From a virus: a stretch of 10,142 nucleotides of DNA. The stretch lies in UHGV virus genome UHGV-1661176; one strand, 5' to 3'. Shown here in pieces: positions 1 through 8,159 of this stretch. The notes beneath the pieces are model-generated. The model had not been told where the DNA came from and did not search any database. It saw only the letters and a list, made by a program, of their open reading frames with translations. A program made the translations under genes and the position numbers. Numbering within the stretch: position 1 is the first letter of the stretch; every line of letters starts with the position of its first letter.

Positions 1-133
1 GATCCTTCACCTTAGCCAGTCGCTGCCAGTCATCGTCTGACAACGGGTTTGCATAAGCATCACCCTTGCCGTTGTAAACCCACAGAGTGGTACCGGCACC
101 TTTTACCGGCTCAAGGGGATTTGGTGTTGCCAT
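1..133 (-). CDS. V: Major tail protein V, N-terminal 44 codons only; the gene runs off the window start
   Basis: Minus-strand ATG at 133..131 with a GAGGA Shine-Dalgarno just upstream. Translation [44 protein letters not shown] closely matches the lambda gpV N-terminus as I remember it ([44 protein letters not shown]). It lies directly downstream of U, as in lambda. Confidence 0.85.
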   Translation of the reverse strand, partial: MATPNPLEPVKGAGTTLWVYNGKGDAYANPLSDDDWQRLAKVKD

Positions 134-140
134 ATCGTCC

Positions 141-539
141 TCACATCTCGTAGGTAATTTTCCACAGGAGATCTGCCGATCCCCACATCATAAACTCATC
201 ATCCCGGCGGTAGTCATACCCCTGAAGATTCATCTTCAGCAGTAATGCACTGAGCCCGGGAACTGCCTCCAGCGCAGGAAGAATTTTTTCTTCCATCCAC
301 ATATCCAGTGCCGAGTCCGGTTCTTTTGCCCTGAGAAAAACCTCAATATGCAGTGTCGCCTCCCAGGTTCCCTCATCAACGAACTCGTCAGCAGCAGACG
401 CATCTGTCAGGTAAACAGCAACAGCAGGCAGTTCCTGTTCATCAATAAAAACCGGGCGACCGTCAAACCAGCTCACCCTCTCAGAAATATTTTCTTTCAG
501 GGCAGACAGAACTGCCGCCCGTATTTCACGGTGTTTCAT
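141..539 (-). CDS. U: Minor tail protein U (tail terminator)
   Basis: 132-aa ORF; ATG at 539 preceded by GGGAGGG. The product ([11 protein letters not shown]...LHIEVFL...GYDYRRDD...ITYEM) aligns along its whole length with lambda gpU (131 aa) from memory, including the same start and end motifs. Z-U-V order is conserved. Confidence 0.9.
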   Translation of the reverse strand: MKHREIRAAVLSALKENISERVSWFDGRPVFIDEQELPAVAVYLTDASAADEFVDEGTWEATLHIEVFLRAKEPDSALDMWMEEKILPALEAVPGLSALLLKMNLQGYDYRRDDEFMMWGSADLLWKITYEM

Positions 540-551
540 ACACCCTCCCAG

Positions 552-1181
552 TCATTTTCTTTTCAGCACCAGGCGTAACTGATGCGTCATGGCTTTCATC
601 ATCTGCGCCGGTAATTTTTCCCGGTACATCCGGTCCCGTTCACGTTCAAAGGTTTCTGCCAGCGGTCCGGCAGTCGTAATCTTCACCACTTCGATCGGCA
701 GACGGTGGCGTTTCGGCCTCCCTTTGCTGTCCGCGCCGGTGGATGATGATGCCCACGGCATACGCTGCATCACATGCCAGCGTCCGTTAGCCAGCCGGGT
801 GATAAAGGCGTCCGGGATCCGTCTTTTCCCCACAATCAGCACACTGCCGCCCCCTTTCAGGGCCGCACGCTGTCCTTTCTTTCTCCGTTTTCTGCGGGAA
901 AGTCGAACGCGGGCCTCCCCCAGTTTGATGGCGGGCAGGTTGCCGGTATTGATGTAAACCTTTGCGTAAACCTTATCCGGTCGTGCCGGACTTAACCGGA
1001 TGCGGGCACGGATAAGACGACGGGGAACGGCCAGCTCCCTGGCAACTGAAGAGGCCGTTTTCGCAATAATGGCCCCCGCCACTCGGTTCAGTGTCGTGGC
1101 AGAGGCCCGGGGAACGGCACGGCGATCAATTGCATCCAGATTTTTCATGGCCTGCGCCAGACCTTTTATTGCCATACTCAT
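552..1181 (-). CDS. Z: Minor tail protein Z (tail completion protein)
   Basis: 209-aa ORF with MAIKGL..., RRKRRKKGQR..LKGGGSVL.VG.RRIP.AFI..L.NGRWHVMQR and a C-terminal HQLR.V.KR, matching remembered lambda gpZ. The ATG at 1181 overlaps the upstream gene stop in an ATGA arrangement; a second ATG two codons in (MAIKGL) is the lambda-equivalent start. Confidence 0.9.
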   Translation of the reverse strand: MSMAIKGLAQAMKNLDAIDRRAVPRASATTLNRVAGAIIAKTASSVARELAVPRRLIRARIRLSPARPDKVYAKVYINTGNLPAIKLGEARVRLSRRKRRKKGQRAALKGGGSVLIVGKRRIPDAFITRLANGRWHVMQRMPWASSSTGADSKGRPKRHRLPIEVVKITTAGPLAETFERERDRMYREKLPAQMMKAMTHQLRLVLKRK

Positions 1182-1459
1182 TCCTGTTCGACAAAAATCC
1201 GGGGTTTACCGTTGTACGTGTCATAACGGGTCACCGTCAGTGTGCGCCCCGCAAACACAACAACATCATGACGGGCCGGACGGTACCGGGCTGAAAACAC
1301 CACCAGTGACAACTGGCTGCCCGAAAGCGCCCCCATCTCCGCGGACTCTTCCTCCGGCATCACGTCGTACACGACGCCGTTAATCTCCGCCTGTTTGCCC
1401 ATCACCCGAACGGTCGCCACGTCCATCCGGCAACACATTCGCGTAAACAGATCAGACAT
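1178..1459 (-). CDS. Small head-tail joining/adaptor-like protein of uncertain family, in the position lambda uses for FII (database entries for such proteins are, as I recall, sometimes labelled ATP-binding sugar transporter-like prophage protein)
   Basis: 93-aa ORF with an ATG start, overlapping the upstream ORF by 8 nt and coupled by ATGA to Z. It sits between the head genes and tail gene Z. Function is inferred from position only; I cannot confirm family membership without a search. Confidence 0.55.
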   Translation of the reverse strand: MSDLFTRMCCRMDVATVRVMGKQAEINGVVYDVMPEEESAEMGALSGSQLSLVVFSARYRPARHDVVVFAGRTLTVTRYDTYNGKPRIFVEQE

Positions 1460-1778
1460 TGATTTTTACCGCCACAGTGGCGCTGTTTGCAGGGGCATTT
1501 TCCCAGGCTACCCCCGCTGCCACCGCACCGTCTGCAGCCAGCTGCACAACCCCGTCCTTCAGATAAACCACCGCGCCGGACTGAATGTCGTCAGCAGACT
1601 GTTTGGGCAGCAGGAACACGCCTTCGGCAAAACCGTCACCGGCCTCACCGGCAGGAATATCGGTAATGGCCACGGCCACCATACTGCCGACCACCACCGC
1701 AGCACCGCTCAGGATGGTCTGATCTCCGGCATTCACCAGTTCAATGGTGGTACCGTCCTGTACAAAATTTTTCGCCAT
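1452..1778 (-). CDS. Small Gly/Ala/Val-rich head protein, probably DUF2190-like (putative decoration or cement protein)
   Basis: 108-aa ORF immediately downstream of the capsid gene; ATG at 1778 preceded by GGAGAA. The composition is low-complexity and rich in G/A/V (…GAAVVVGSMVAVAITDIPAGEAGDG…), typical of small proteins encoded next to major capsid genes. Assignment rests on position and composition. Confidence 0.5.
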   Translation of the reverse strand: MAKNFVQDGTTIELVNAGDQTILSGAAVVVGSMVAVAITDIPAGEAGDGFAEGVFLLPKQSADDIQSGAVVYLKDGVVQLAADGAVAAGVAWENAPANSATVAVKINV

Positions 1779-1823
1779 AATGCTGTTTCTCCGGACAGCC
1801 CCGGTGGGGCTGTTTTTCAGGCA

Positions 1824-1843
1824 TAAAAAAAGCCCTTTCGGGC
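1824..1843 (-). terminator. Candidate intrinsic terminator or attenuator just after the capsid gene stop
   Basis: The minus-strand RNA would read GCCC-GAAA-GGGC (4-bp GC stem with a GNRA tetraloop) followed by UUUUUUUA, starting about 20 nt after the capsid stop at 1866. The stem is short, so termination is probably partial. Confidence 0.3.
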
Positions 1844-1865
1844 AGTGATTGTGATAACGCGGTTA

Positions 1866-3845
1866 TCAGGCCACCGACGAACGCACCAGCCCGCGCCAGT
1901 CAAGTGGTGCCACTCCGGCATCAATACGGATTTTTGTGGCAATGCCGTCAGTGGTGAAACCTTCCTGCTGATCAATGTATGGCGTGTCCACACCATCCAG
2001 CCAGGCCACTTCAATGGTGTCAGTGCCCTGTGCCGCCGCCAGATACCAGGTTTTCGGGTCTGCCGCATCAAGACGCGCTTCTGCAATCACCTCAGCAAAG
2101 TTCTGGATAGGGTTAATGACACCGGCGTTTGCATCCGCCCCTTTCACACTGGCCGATTTGATGGTCTGGTTCGCCACCGTCTCCAGTGCCACCGGTACCA
2201 GCATAAAGGCCGGACGGATATTCAGGGCACGATCGCCTTCTTTCTGCAGGCGCATCATCTGACGGGCCGCATCCAGTCCGGAAACGGAGATCCCCCCGGT
2301 GGCAATATTTTTGTGATCGGCATGGAACAGCGCCTTACCGTCGGACAGTTTCGGGTTATCCGTCAGCACCTTGTAGACCAGGTCACCAATCGTTGCCTTC
2401 GCCGCACGCCCCATCTTCATCGGCACGTCCACCAGCATATTCAGATCATCATTGATAATGGCCTGGCGGGTGATGGAGAAAATCTCCCCGTAAGTGGCCA
2501 GTGCAATGGTCTCCTTGCGATCTGAGGTGGTGATGTATTTATACTCCGCCCCCTCACGAACCTGGCGCAGAGAACCAAAACCGCCCATCCCCACGCGATA
2601 CGCTGTTTTGAAGTCTGACAGGCGTCCCTTACGGGTCCACTTCTGGAAGGTTTCTTCTGATTCCTCCCAGCCCTGGATCAGCCCCTTGTTCGACACATCC
2701 AGCAGAATATTGCCAAAATCAGAGGTGCTGTGCGTCAGCGCCAGCCCGACCATCTGCATGGGGTTATAACTGGCCACCCCAATACCGCGCTCCGTCAGTG
2801 ACATGCGAGCCCATTCACGCAGGGTCATCCCGTTATAGGCGTTATCCTTCTCGACATTTTCAAATCCGGCACGGGCCAGCATCGCCTGGCGGATCCCGTC
2901 CCCCACAAAATTGCCGTTTCCGGCATAAATATGGGCCGGTGTATTTTTGTTGGTCGGCGAGGACTCCTTGCCCATTTCATTCAGCAGTCGTTCACGGGCC
3001 ATTTCCAGCGAACAGTCAGGATCAGCCACGCACTGTGCCTGAAGCGTCTGATAGCGACCACCGAACATGGCAAACAGATCGTTAATGCCTGACATGCGGG
3101 CTTTCTGTTCTGCCATAACGCGGGCGCGAATGGTCGCCTCATCAGACACTGCCGGTACCGGTGATGGTTCTGTTACCGCCGGTGCAGGGATTGTCACTGT
3201 GGTATCACGCGGGGCACTGTTGCGTGGCGGAGTAATCATGTTTCGGATGGATTCCGGCATCTTTTTAAATTCCTCTGTACGTTTTGACTGAATACATGCC
3301 ATTGCCTCAACAGCGGGTGTCACCTGGTCAGCAAATCCGTGTGCCAGACATTCGGCACCGGACATCCAGGTTTCATCCGCCAGCATGGCGGCAATTTCAT
3401 CGGTGGTTTTTCCGGTTTTCTGCGCATAGGCTGGCAACAGTACCGATTCGACTTTATCCAGCAAATCGGCATAACTGCGCATATCCTCAGCATCCCCGCC
3501 ACTGAATCCCCATGGCTTATGGATCATCATGAAGGCATTTTCCGGCATAATGACCGTATCACCGGCCATCGCAATCACAGATGCCATCGAGGCGGCAACG
3601 CCATCCACATACACGGTAATGGTCGCCCCCTGATTTTTCAGGGCATTAAAAATGGCGATGCCTTCAAAGACATCGCCACCCGGTGAATTGATATGGAGAT
3701 TAATGTGGGTGATATCACCCAGTGCATTCAGTTCGCTGACAAACTGCTTCGCGGTAACTCCCCAGAAACCAATCTCGTCATAAATATAAATATCCGCGTC
3801 ACCCGGCCCCCCAGCCTGCATCCTGAACCAGGATTTATTCTTCAT
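1866..3845 (-). CDS. Prohead protease (ClpP/S14-like) fused to a linker/scaffold region and a major capsid protein
   Basis: Long minus-strand ORF. The N-terminal domain has ClpP-like motifs (INSPGGDVFEGIAIFNAL, VDGVAASMASVIAMAGD with the candidate Ser, MIHKPWG with the candidate His). A Pro/Ala-rich linker and a predicted helical segment follow, then a C-terminal ~350 aa consistent with a major capsid protein. The ORF track starts at a GTG at 4037, but that would overlap the portal gene by ~200 nt; the first ATG (3845, residue 65, MKNKSWF...) overlaps the portal stop by only 11 nt and is used here. The start is uncertain. Confidence 0.8.
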   Translation of the reverse strand: MKNKSWFRMQAGGPGDADIYIYDEIGFWGVTAKQFVSELNALGDITHINLHINSPGGDVFEGIAIFNALKNQGATITVYVDGVAASMASVIAMAGDTVIMPENAFMMIHKPWGFSGGDAEDMRSYADLLDKVESVLLPAYAQKTGKTTDEIAAMLADETWMSGAECLAHGFADQVTPAVEAMACIQSKRTEEFKKMPESIRNMITPPRNSAPRDTTVTIPAPAVTEPSPVPAVSDEATIRARVMAEQKARMSGINDLFAMFGGRYQTLQAQCVADPDCSLEMARERLLNEMGKESSPTNKNTPAHIYAGNGNFVGDGIRQAMLARAGFENVEKDNAYNGMTLREWARMSLTERGIGVASYNPMQMVGLALTHSTSDFGNILLDVSNKGLIQGWEESEETFQKWTRKGRLSDFKTAYRVGMGGFGSLRQVREGAEYKYITTSDRKETIALATYGEIFSITRQAIINDDLNMLVDVPMKMGRAAKATIGDLVYKVLTDNPKLSDGKALFHADHKNIATGGISVSGLDAARQMMRLQKEGDRALNIRPAFMLVPVALETVANQTIKSASVKGADANAGVINPIQNFAEVIAEARLDAADPKTWYLAAAQGTDTIEVAWLDGVDTPYIDQQEGFTTDGIATKIRIDAGVAPLDWRGLVRSSVA

Positions 3846-5337
3846 GCTGGCTTTCGGTGTCGCGCTGATACTGTCGTTCAGTTCCGGCACTGTTGCCTCC
3901 TTTGTCGTTGACGGGGTCAGTATCAAAGACCAGCCCCAGTCTGCTGTTTTCATCAATTTCAGCCTTGCGGCGACGTTTGACCTCATCCGGATTGCGCCCA
4001 CCAGCACGCACCCAGTCAGATTCTGTCGCTGCACCACCCCGGATCTGAATTCTCCAGGCTTCAGCTTCCTTAACCGGGTCGATCCACGGCATCACCGGAC
4101 CGGAATACGTCGCGTTATATAGCGTTTTCATCTCCACATCCGCCGGAATTTTCAGCAGACCTGCCGCAACCACCATATTCAGCCATGTCCGGTACACCGG
4201 GCGGGTTACCGCGCCAATAAAACAGTCCTGCAGGATCAGGTAACCATCCGTGGACTCGACCAACTCCTGCCGCTGGGCGCTGTAGGTGCCGTTATAGTTA
4301 CGCGCCGCACTGGAAAAACTCAGACGACTGCCTGCTGCCACTGCACGCAACTGGCCGTTGCGGAAAGTTTCAAGGTTGGGATTGGGACGGTCAGATTTGA
4401 CCATGCCGATATCCTCGCCCTTGCGCAAATCGTCATAAATAATACCCGGGGTGATATGGACTTCCCGCTCGGTCTCTTTGCTCCCCGGATCTTCATAGTC
4501 CTGTCCGTCACCTTTACGGATATACAGTCCCAGCGCCGCAGCAATACGCGCCGCTGTCAGTTCCGCATCCTCATACTCCTTAAGGGCACTGATCCGCATC
4601 AGCACCCCCGATAACATGGATGAGCCTCGCGTCTGATGCAGACGACGAGTGAACTTCAGGTGGATCATTTTTCCGGCAGCGATTTCTTTCGTATCACTCT
4701 GCCGGCCGCTGACCGGATAATTTTTATAAACCAGATATTTTTTCGGTCTTCCCCACTCATCAAGAAAAACCCCCTGATTCAGTCCGGCGGATTCATCAGT
4801 GCGCATGGGAACAAAATCCGGCTCCATCGCCTCAAGCCAGAATGGCACTCCCGCCGTCCGTTCCAGACCGTTTCCCGCACCACTGACCATCTGCGCAAAC
4901 ACTTCACCATCCCGCAGCCAGGTCCGCAGCAGTAAACGTTCAAGCACAGGACGGGTATACTGCCCTGTCACATCCGGACTCACGGACCATTCAGCCCACA
5001 AACGGCGGATATCCGCAGCCAGCTCAGCCGCCATTTCCCCGTTTTTTCGTAATGGCTGAGGCTCCACAATAATTCCCCTGGCACCAATCACCCGCTCTTC
5101 CAGCTTGTCAAACACACCAATCACCAGGTCATGATTGATATCCAGAAAACGGGCCTGCTCCCGCAGGGAAACCGCACCGTATTTACTGAGCTGATCAGCA
5201 GAGCGATTTTCCCGCCGGGCTTTATGTGTCCGGGTCGGTTTCACCGCCTCATAGGCCATGATTAACGCCCTTGAACGCAGTCTGGCTGCTTTCCACCCGG
5301 GGGAAAACACGCCGATCACATCATCAATAATTGCCAT
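3835..5337 (-). CDS. Phage portal protein (lambda-family-like)
   Basis: 500-aa ORF between the gpW-like gene and the protease/capsid gene, the conserved portal position. ATG at 5337 is preceded by GAGG and overlaps the upstream stop as TAATG. Size and position are typical for portals; family assignment is from memory of lambda-family portals. Confidence 0.85.
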   Translation of the reverse strand: MAIIDDVIGVFSPGWKAARLRSRALIMAYEAVKPTRTHKARRENRSADQLSKYGAVSLREQARFLDINHDLVIGVFDKLEERVIGARGIIVEPQPLRKNGEMAAELAADIRRLWAEWSVSPDVTGQYTRPVLERLLLRTWLRDGEVFAQMVSGAGNGLERTAGVPFWLEAMEPDFVPMRTDESAGLNQGVFLDEWGRPKKYLVYKNYPVSGRQSDTKEIAAGKMIHLKFTRRLHQTRGSSMLSGVLMRISALKEYEDAELTAARIAAALGLYIRKGDGQDYEDPGSKETEREVHITPGIIYDDLRKGEDIGMVKSDRPNPNLETFRNGQLRAVAAGSRLSFSSAARNYNGTYSAQRQELVESTDGYLILQDCFIGAVTRPVYRTWLNMVVAAGLLKIPADVEMKTLYNATYSGPVMPWIDPVKEAEAWRIQIRGGAATESDWVRAGGRNPDEVKRRRKAEIDENSRLGLVFDTDPVNDKGGNSAGTERQYQRDTESQHEE

Positions 5338-5573
5338 TAAAACCTCGCCAGTTTAAATCCCGGTTTTCCCCGCCTGCGGCTCACCATCGCGGCAAGCCTG
5401 CGTTCCCACTCCTGACGTCCGGCGCGGATCTGAGAAAGGCTTTCCAGCGTCAGTTGCTGCCCGTTGAAGGTGACAGACTTTCCCTCCAGTACGGCCATTT
5501 CCGCTTCACGGTACCGCTGTATCATTTCTCTGGCTTCTTCTGTGCTCACAACCAGCCTCCTGATGTTATCCAT
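5337..5573 (-). CDS. W: gpW-like head completion / head-tail joining protein
   Basis: 78-aa ORF between terminase large subunit and portal, as in lambda (A-W-B). The C-terminal part (GKSVTFNGQQLTLESL...RRRGKPGFKL) resembles remembered lambda gpW (...KRVATVQKDGRRVEF...QRRRGPAGFYV). The start at 5573 overlaps the terminase 3' end by 28 nt; an internal ATG at 5525 is an alternative. Confidence 0.7.
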   Translation of the reverse strand: MDNIRRLVVSTEEAREMIQRYREAEMAVLEGKSVTFNGQQLTLESLSQIRAGRQEWERRLAAMVSRRRGKPGFKLARF

Positions 5574-7669
5574 GGATTATCTTCCGCACGCTCCGTCCAC
5601 AGTTTTTTCTTCCGGCGACGGCGTTTTTCTGCCCCGGCCGTCAGTTCCGGGGATACCGTTTCACCAGAACGCTCCTGCGGGAAGACGAGCCACGTTTCCC
5701 GCTGTGCCCAGTCCGGTGCGGAGGGCCAGCGGATCTTTTCGTAACCATGCAGAACGGCAAGCGCATCCGCATAAACCAGCAGGTCAAACGCTTCGTTAGC
5801 GCCCCTGCCCGGTTTTCGCCATTTTCCGTCACTGCCGCGCTCTTCATAGGTCAGCTCATCGTAAAACCACCGCCCCAGCCAGTCGGGAAAGTGGATATAG
5901 TTCGGCCCTGGTGTGTCACGCCACAGGGCATTATTTACACGATCCTTAAACGCATCCGTCTGAACCAGCCACAGCGCGACATCGCCACTGGCTCTGGCAC
6001 GGCGGGCACTTCTGCCGGTATTATCCGGGAAGGTTCGGTTAATCAGCCTGTCACGGCGAAGTCCATCCCCCTTGAACAGAAACACCCTGTTGCCCAGTCC
6101 GTCACTCCGGCAACGACGCCAGAAACGATAGGCGTTATCTGTCACCCCGGCTTCCCCTCCCGTATCCACCGCCATGGCCATCAGACGCATGCGCACATCC
6201 GGATCAGAAGCCAGCGGCCATGTTTTATGGAACACATCCGTCAGCAACAAATCCCAGTCCTCCGGATATGCCGCCGGATCAACCGGCAGACTTTCACCGT
6301 TGGGACTGCAGCGCAGTGAATGCCGGATGTTGTAGCGATCAACAATCCAGCGTTCCCCCTGCTCTCCGTATCCGGTGATCTGCACAACAAAACGGCGATT
6401 TTTACCGCCCTGTACGTCAACCGTTGCCTCAATAAAACGCACACCATCCGGCACAGATCGCCGGGGAAACGGCTCGGCACGCTGTTCAAGCAGTTCACTT
6501 TTACGCTGTTCCGTGGCTGAACGGGGCAGATAGGGTCGTCCGATATCGGTGTTCACCACCGCTTTCAGGGTCTCTTCACTGCCGGTTCGCTCATACTCTT
6601 CTTCTGCCGCCAGCAGTTTAAAAATCAGTTGTTCCCAGGTCTGAAACGCCGCAGCTGGCCCCTCCATCCAAAATGACGCAATCCGGGAGTTTCGTGGCGT
6701 TCCGGTGATACTGCCGTCCGCCGCCGCCCGTTCACCTTCACGAAGCCAGATCCCCTGGTTATTCAGTTCGCGTTTCTGCTCAGGGGCAATCAGCCCGCGA
6801 CAATGCGGACACATCAGACGGGCAGCCTGACCGGCAGCCACAAAATCCGGGTTATTCCGGTATCCGGTCATGTTATCCATCACCGGCTGAAAATATTCCC
6901 CGCAGTGCGGACACGGCCAGTACCACCGGCGGCGGTCTCCCCGGTTATACAGTGACAGGATCCCCGTTGTTGGCGGTGCCTCATGTGCGCCACCACAACG
7001 CCATTTGGTATCGGTGATATCCCGCCCCGGTGAACTCTCGACCAGGGTCATCCCCGAGGACATAAAGGTGGTGGTACGCTTTGAGGCCAGCGTGAAGGCA
7101 TCCCCTTCCCCGTCCACGTTTTCAGGGAAACGGTCATAATCCGTCAGCGCCACACGACGGTAATCCGAAGAGGAAAAGACGGTGATCGACGGCCAGCCAA
7201 TCTTCAGGAAGGAGCCGTCAAGAAACATTTTATCGTGGACGTTGTTGTCATTACGGGAAGGACTGAGGCGCTTGCTGACCTCCGGACTGTGGCGAAACGT
7301 CCTGGAAAGACGCGTTCTGGAATGCTCACGCGCCTTCGTCTCAGTCATCTGCACCACCAGCATATCCGCCGGATCACAGATGATGCCGTACACAATCCAG
7401 CCATCAATCAGCCCTTCGGTTTTCCCGGTTCGCGCAGGTCCCACAAACACCACCGCGTCATATTCACGGGCTGATAATGTATTAATGGGATCAATCATAT
7501 AGGGCGTCAGCGATGACTCCCACGGACCGGAAGTATTGGCTCCCCGTGGAACCCGCATATAACGCCTGATGGCTTCCGCTACTGGTAACCGGCTGGGTGG
7601 GCGAAACAGCGAGGCCACTTCGCGCCAGATATCGGATGCGCGGCTATGGCTCTCGTTCACCTGATTCAC
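5546..7669 (-). CDS. terL: Terminase large subunit (lambda gpA family)
   Basis: 707-aa ORF. It shares the N-terminal SLFRP motif with lambda gpA at a similar distance from the start, carries a P-loop-like GPARTGKT, and has a Cys cluster CPHCGEYF...CPHCRG resembling lambda's CPHCGEE...C.H..C. The first codon is GTG at 7669..7667, overlapping the small-subunit stop as GTGA. The first in-frame ATG lies after the conserved SLFRP motif, so the GTG start is likely real. Confidence 0.9.
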   Translation of the reverse strand: MNQVNESHSRASDIWREVASLFRPPSRLPVAEAIRRYMRVPRGANTSGPWESSLTPYMIDPINTLSAREYDAVVFVGPARTGKTEGLIDGWIVYGIICDPADMLVVQMTETKAREHSRTRLSRTFRHSPEVSKRLSPSRNDNNVHDKMFLDGSFLKIGWPSITVFSSSDYRRVALTDYDRFPENVDGEGDAFTLASKRTTTFMSSGMTLVESSPGRDITDTKWRCGGAHEAPPTTGILSLYNRGDRRRWYWPCPHCGEYFQPVMDNMTGYRNNPDFVAAGQAARLMCPHCRGLIAPEQKRELNNQGIWLREGERAAADGSITGTPRNSRIASFWMEGPAAAFQTWEQLIFKLLAAEEEYERTGSEETLKAVVNTDIGRPYLPRSATEQRKSELLEQRAEPFPRRSVPDGVRFIEATVDVQGGKNRRFVVQITGYGEQGERWIVDRYNIRHSLRCSPNGESLPVDPAAYPEDWDLLLTDVFHKTWPLASDPDVRMRLMAMAVDTGGEAGVTDNAYRFWRRCRSDGLGNRVFLFKGDGLRRDRLINRTFPDNTGRSARRARASGDVALWLVQTDAFKDRVNNALWRDTPGPNYIHFPDWLGRWFYDELTYEERGSDGKWRKPGRGANEAFDLLVYADALAVLHGYEKIRWPSAPDWAQRETWLVFPQERSGETVSPELTAGAEKRRRRKKKLWTERAEDNPWITSGGWL

Positions 7670-8142
7670 ATATCGGCCTCATCACAACAGTCAATGACTG
7701 CCTTTTCCAGTGTGTCGCGGATCTCATCAACCACAATCTGTACTTCATTCAGTTGTGATGCGGTCCACCCCCTGTCCCTCTCCAGCCGGTCAGGCCAGGT
7801 TTCCAGTACCTGAACTATCGCTTTCACCACGACAGAAAAGGACCGCCTGACATCACTGACTGGCACAAGCTGAACAGTTTCATGCTGAAATTTAAGACGC
7901 TCGCGCTCGGACTGATACCATGCCTTACGAGCGTGAGGATCCATATCCTCATCTTCGGAAGATGGTGGTTTTTCCAGCAACGAAGTTATCAAATCCGTCA
8001 GGAGATACAGTTTTTTCTTTTCATTACTGCCTGGTGCAAGAGGAACATCCGCCATTCTGGCGGCAACAGTCTGCCGGTGCAGACCTGAAAGGGCTGCCAG
8101 TTGATTAATATTTAACTTCATATTTTTCAGCTCGCCGTCCAT
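7666..8142 (-). CDS. terS: Terminase small subunit (Nu1-like DNA-recognition subunit)
   Basis: 158-aa ORF immediately upstream of and overlapping the large subunit. ATG at 8142 is preceded by GGAGGG. The N-terminus (MKLNINQLAALSGLHRQTVAARM) looks like a helix-turn-helix, as in Nu1-type small subunits. The AT-rich candidate cos region is directly upstream. Confidence 0.75.
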   Translation of the reverse strand: MDGELKNMKLNINQLAALSGLHRQTVAARMADVPLAPGSNEKKKLYLLTDLITSLLEKPPSSEDEDMDPHARKAWYQSERERLKFQHETVQLVPVSDVRRSFSVVVKAIVQVLETWPDRLERDRGWTASQLNEVQIVVDEIRDTLEKAVIDCCDEADM

Positions 8143-8159
8143 TTACATCCCTCCACATA

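Noticed and set aside
1-5. Window begins with GATCC (a BamHI/Sau3AI-type end), hinting at a cloned-fragment boundary
   Set aside because: A five-base match at the edge of an arbitrary window is not evidence of a cloning junction.
1845-2525. Plus-strand ORFs of 60-226 aa throughout the window (for example 1845..2525, 5747..6319, 1395..1826, 3339..3686, 1000..1383)
   Set aside because: Every one lies antisense to, and inside, a well-supported minus-strand phage gene. The products are low-complexity and rich in Arg/His/Cys/Pro, and none has a credible ribosome-binding site. These are typical shadow ORFs of GC-rich coding DNA.
3846-4037. N-terminal 64-codon extension of the protease/capsid ORF starting at GTG 4037
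   Set aside because: It would overlap the portal 3' end by ~200 nt in another frame, and the ClpP-like domain begins just after the first ATG (3845). Other internal starts (3953, 3986) are not excluded.
5641-5847. Minus-strand 68-aa ORF inside the terminase large-subunit gene in a different frame
   Set aside because: It is entirely nested in terL, with no ribosome-binding site or lipobox and no sign of a second function. Unlike Rz1, nothing supports it as a nested gene.
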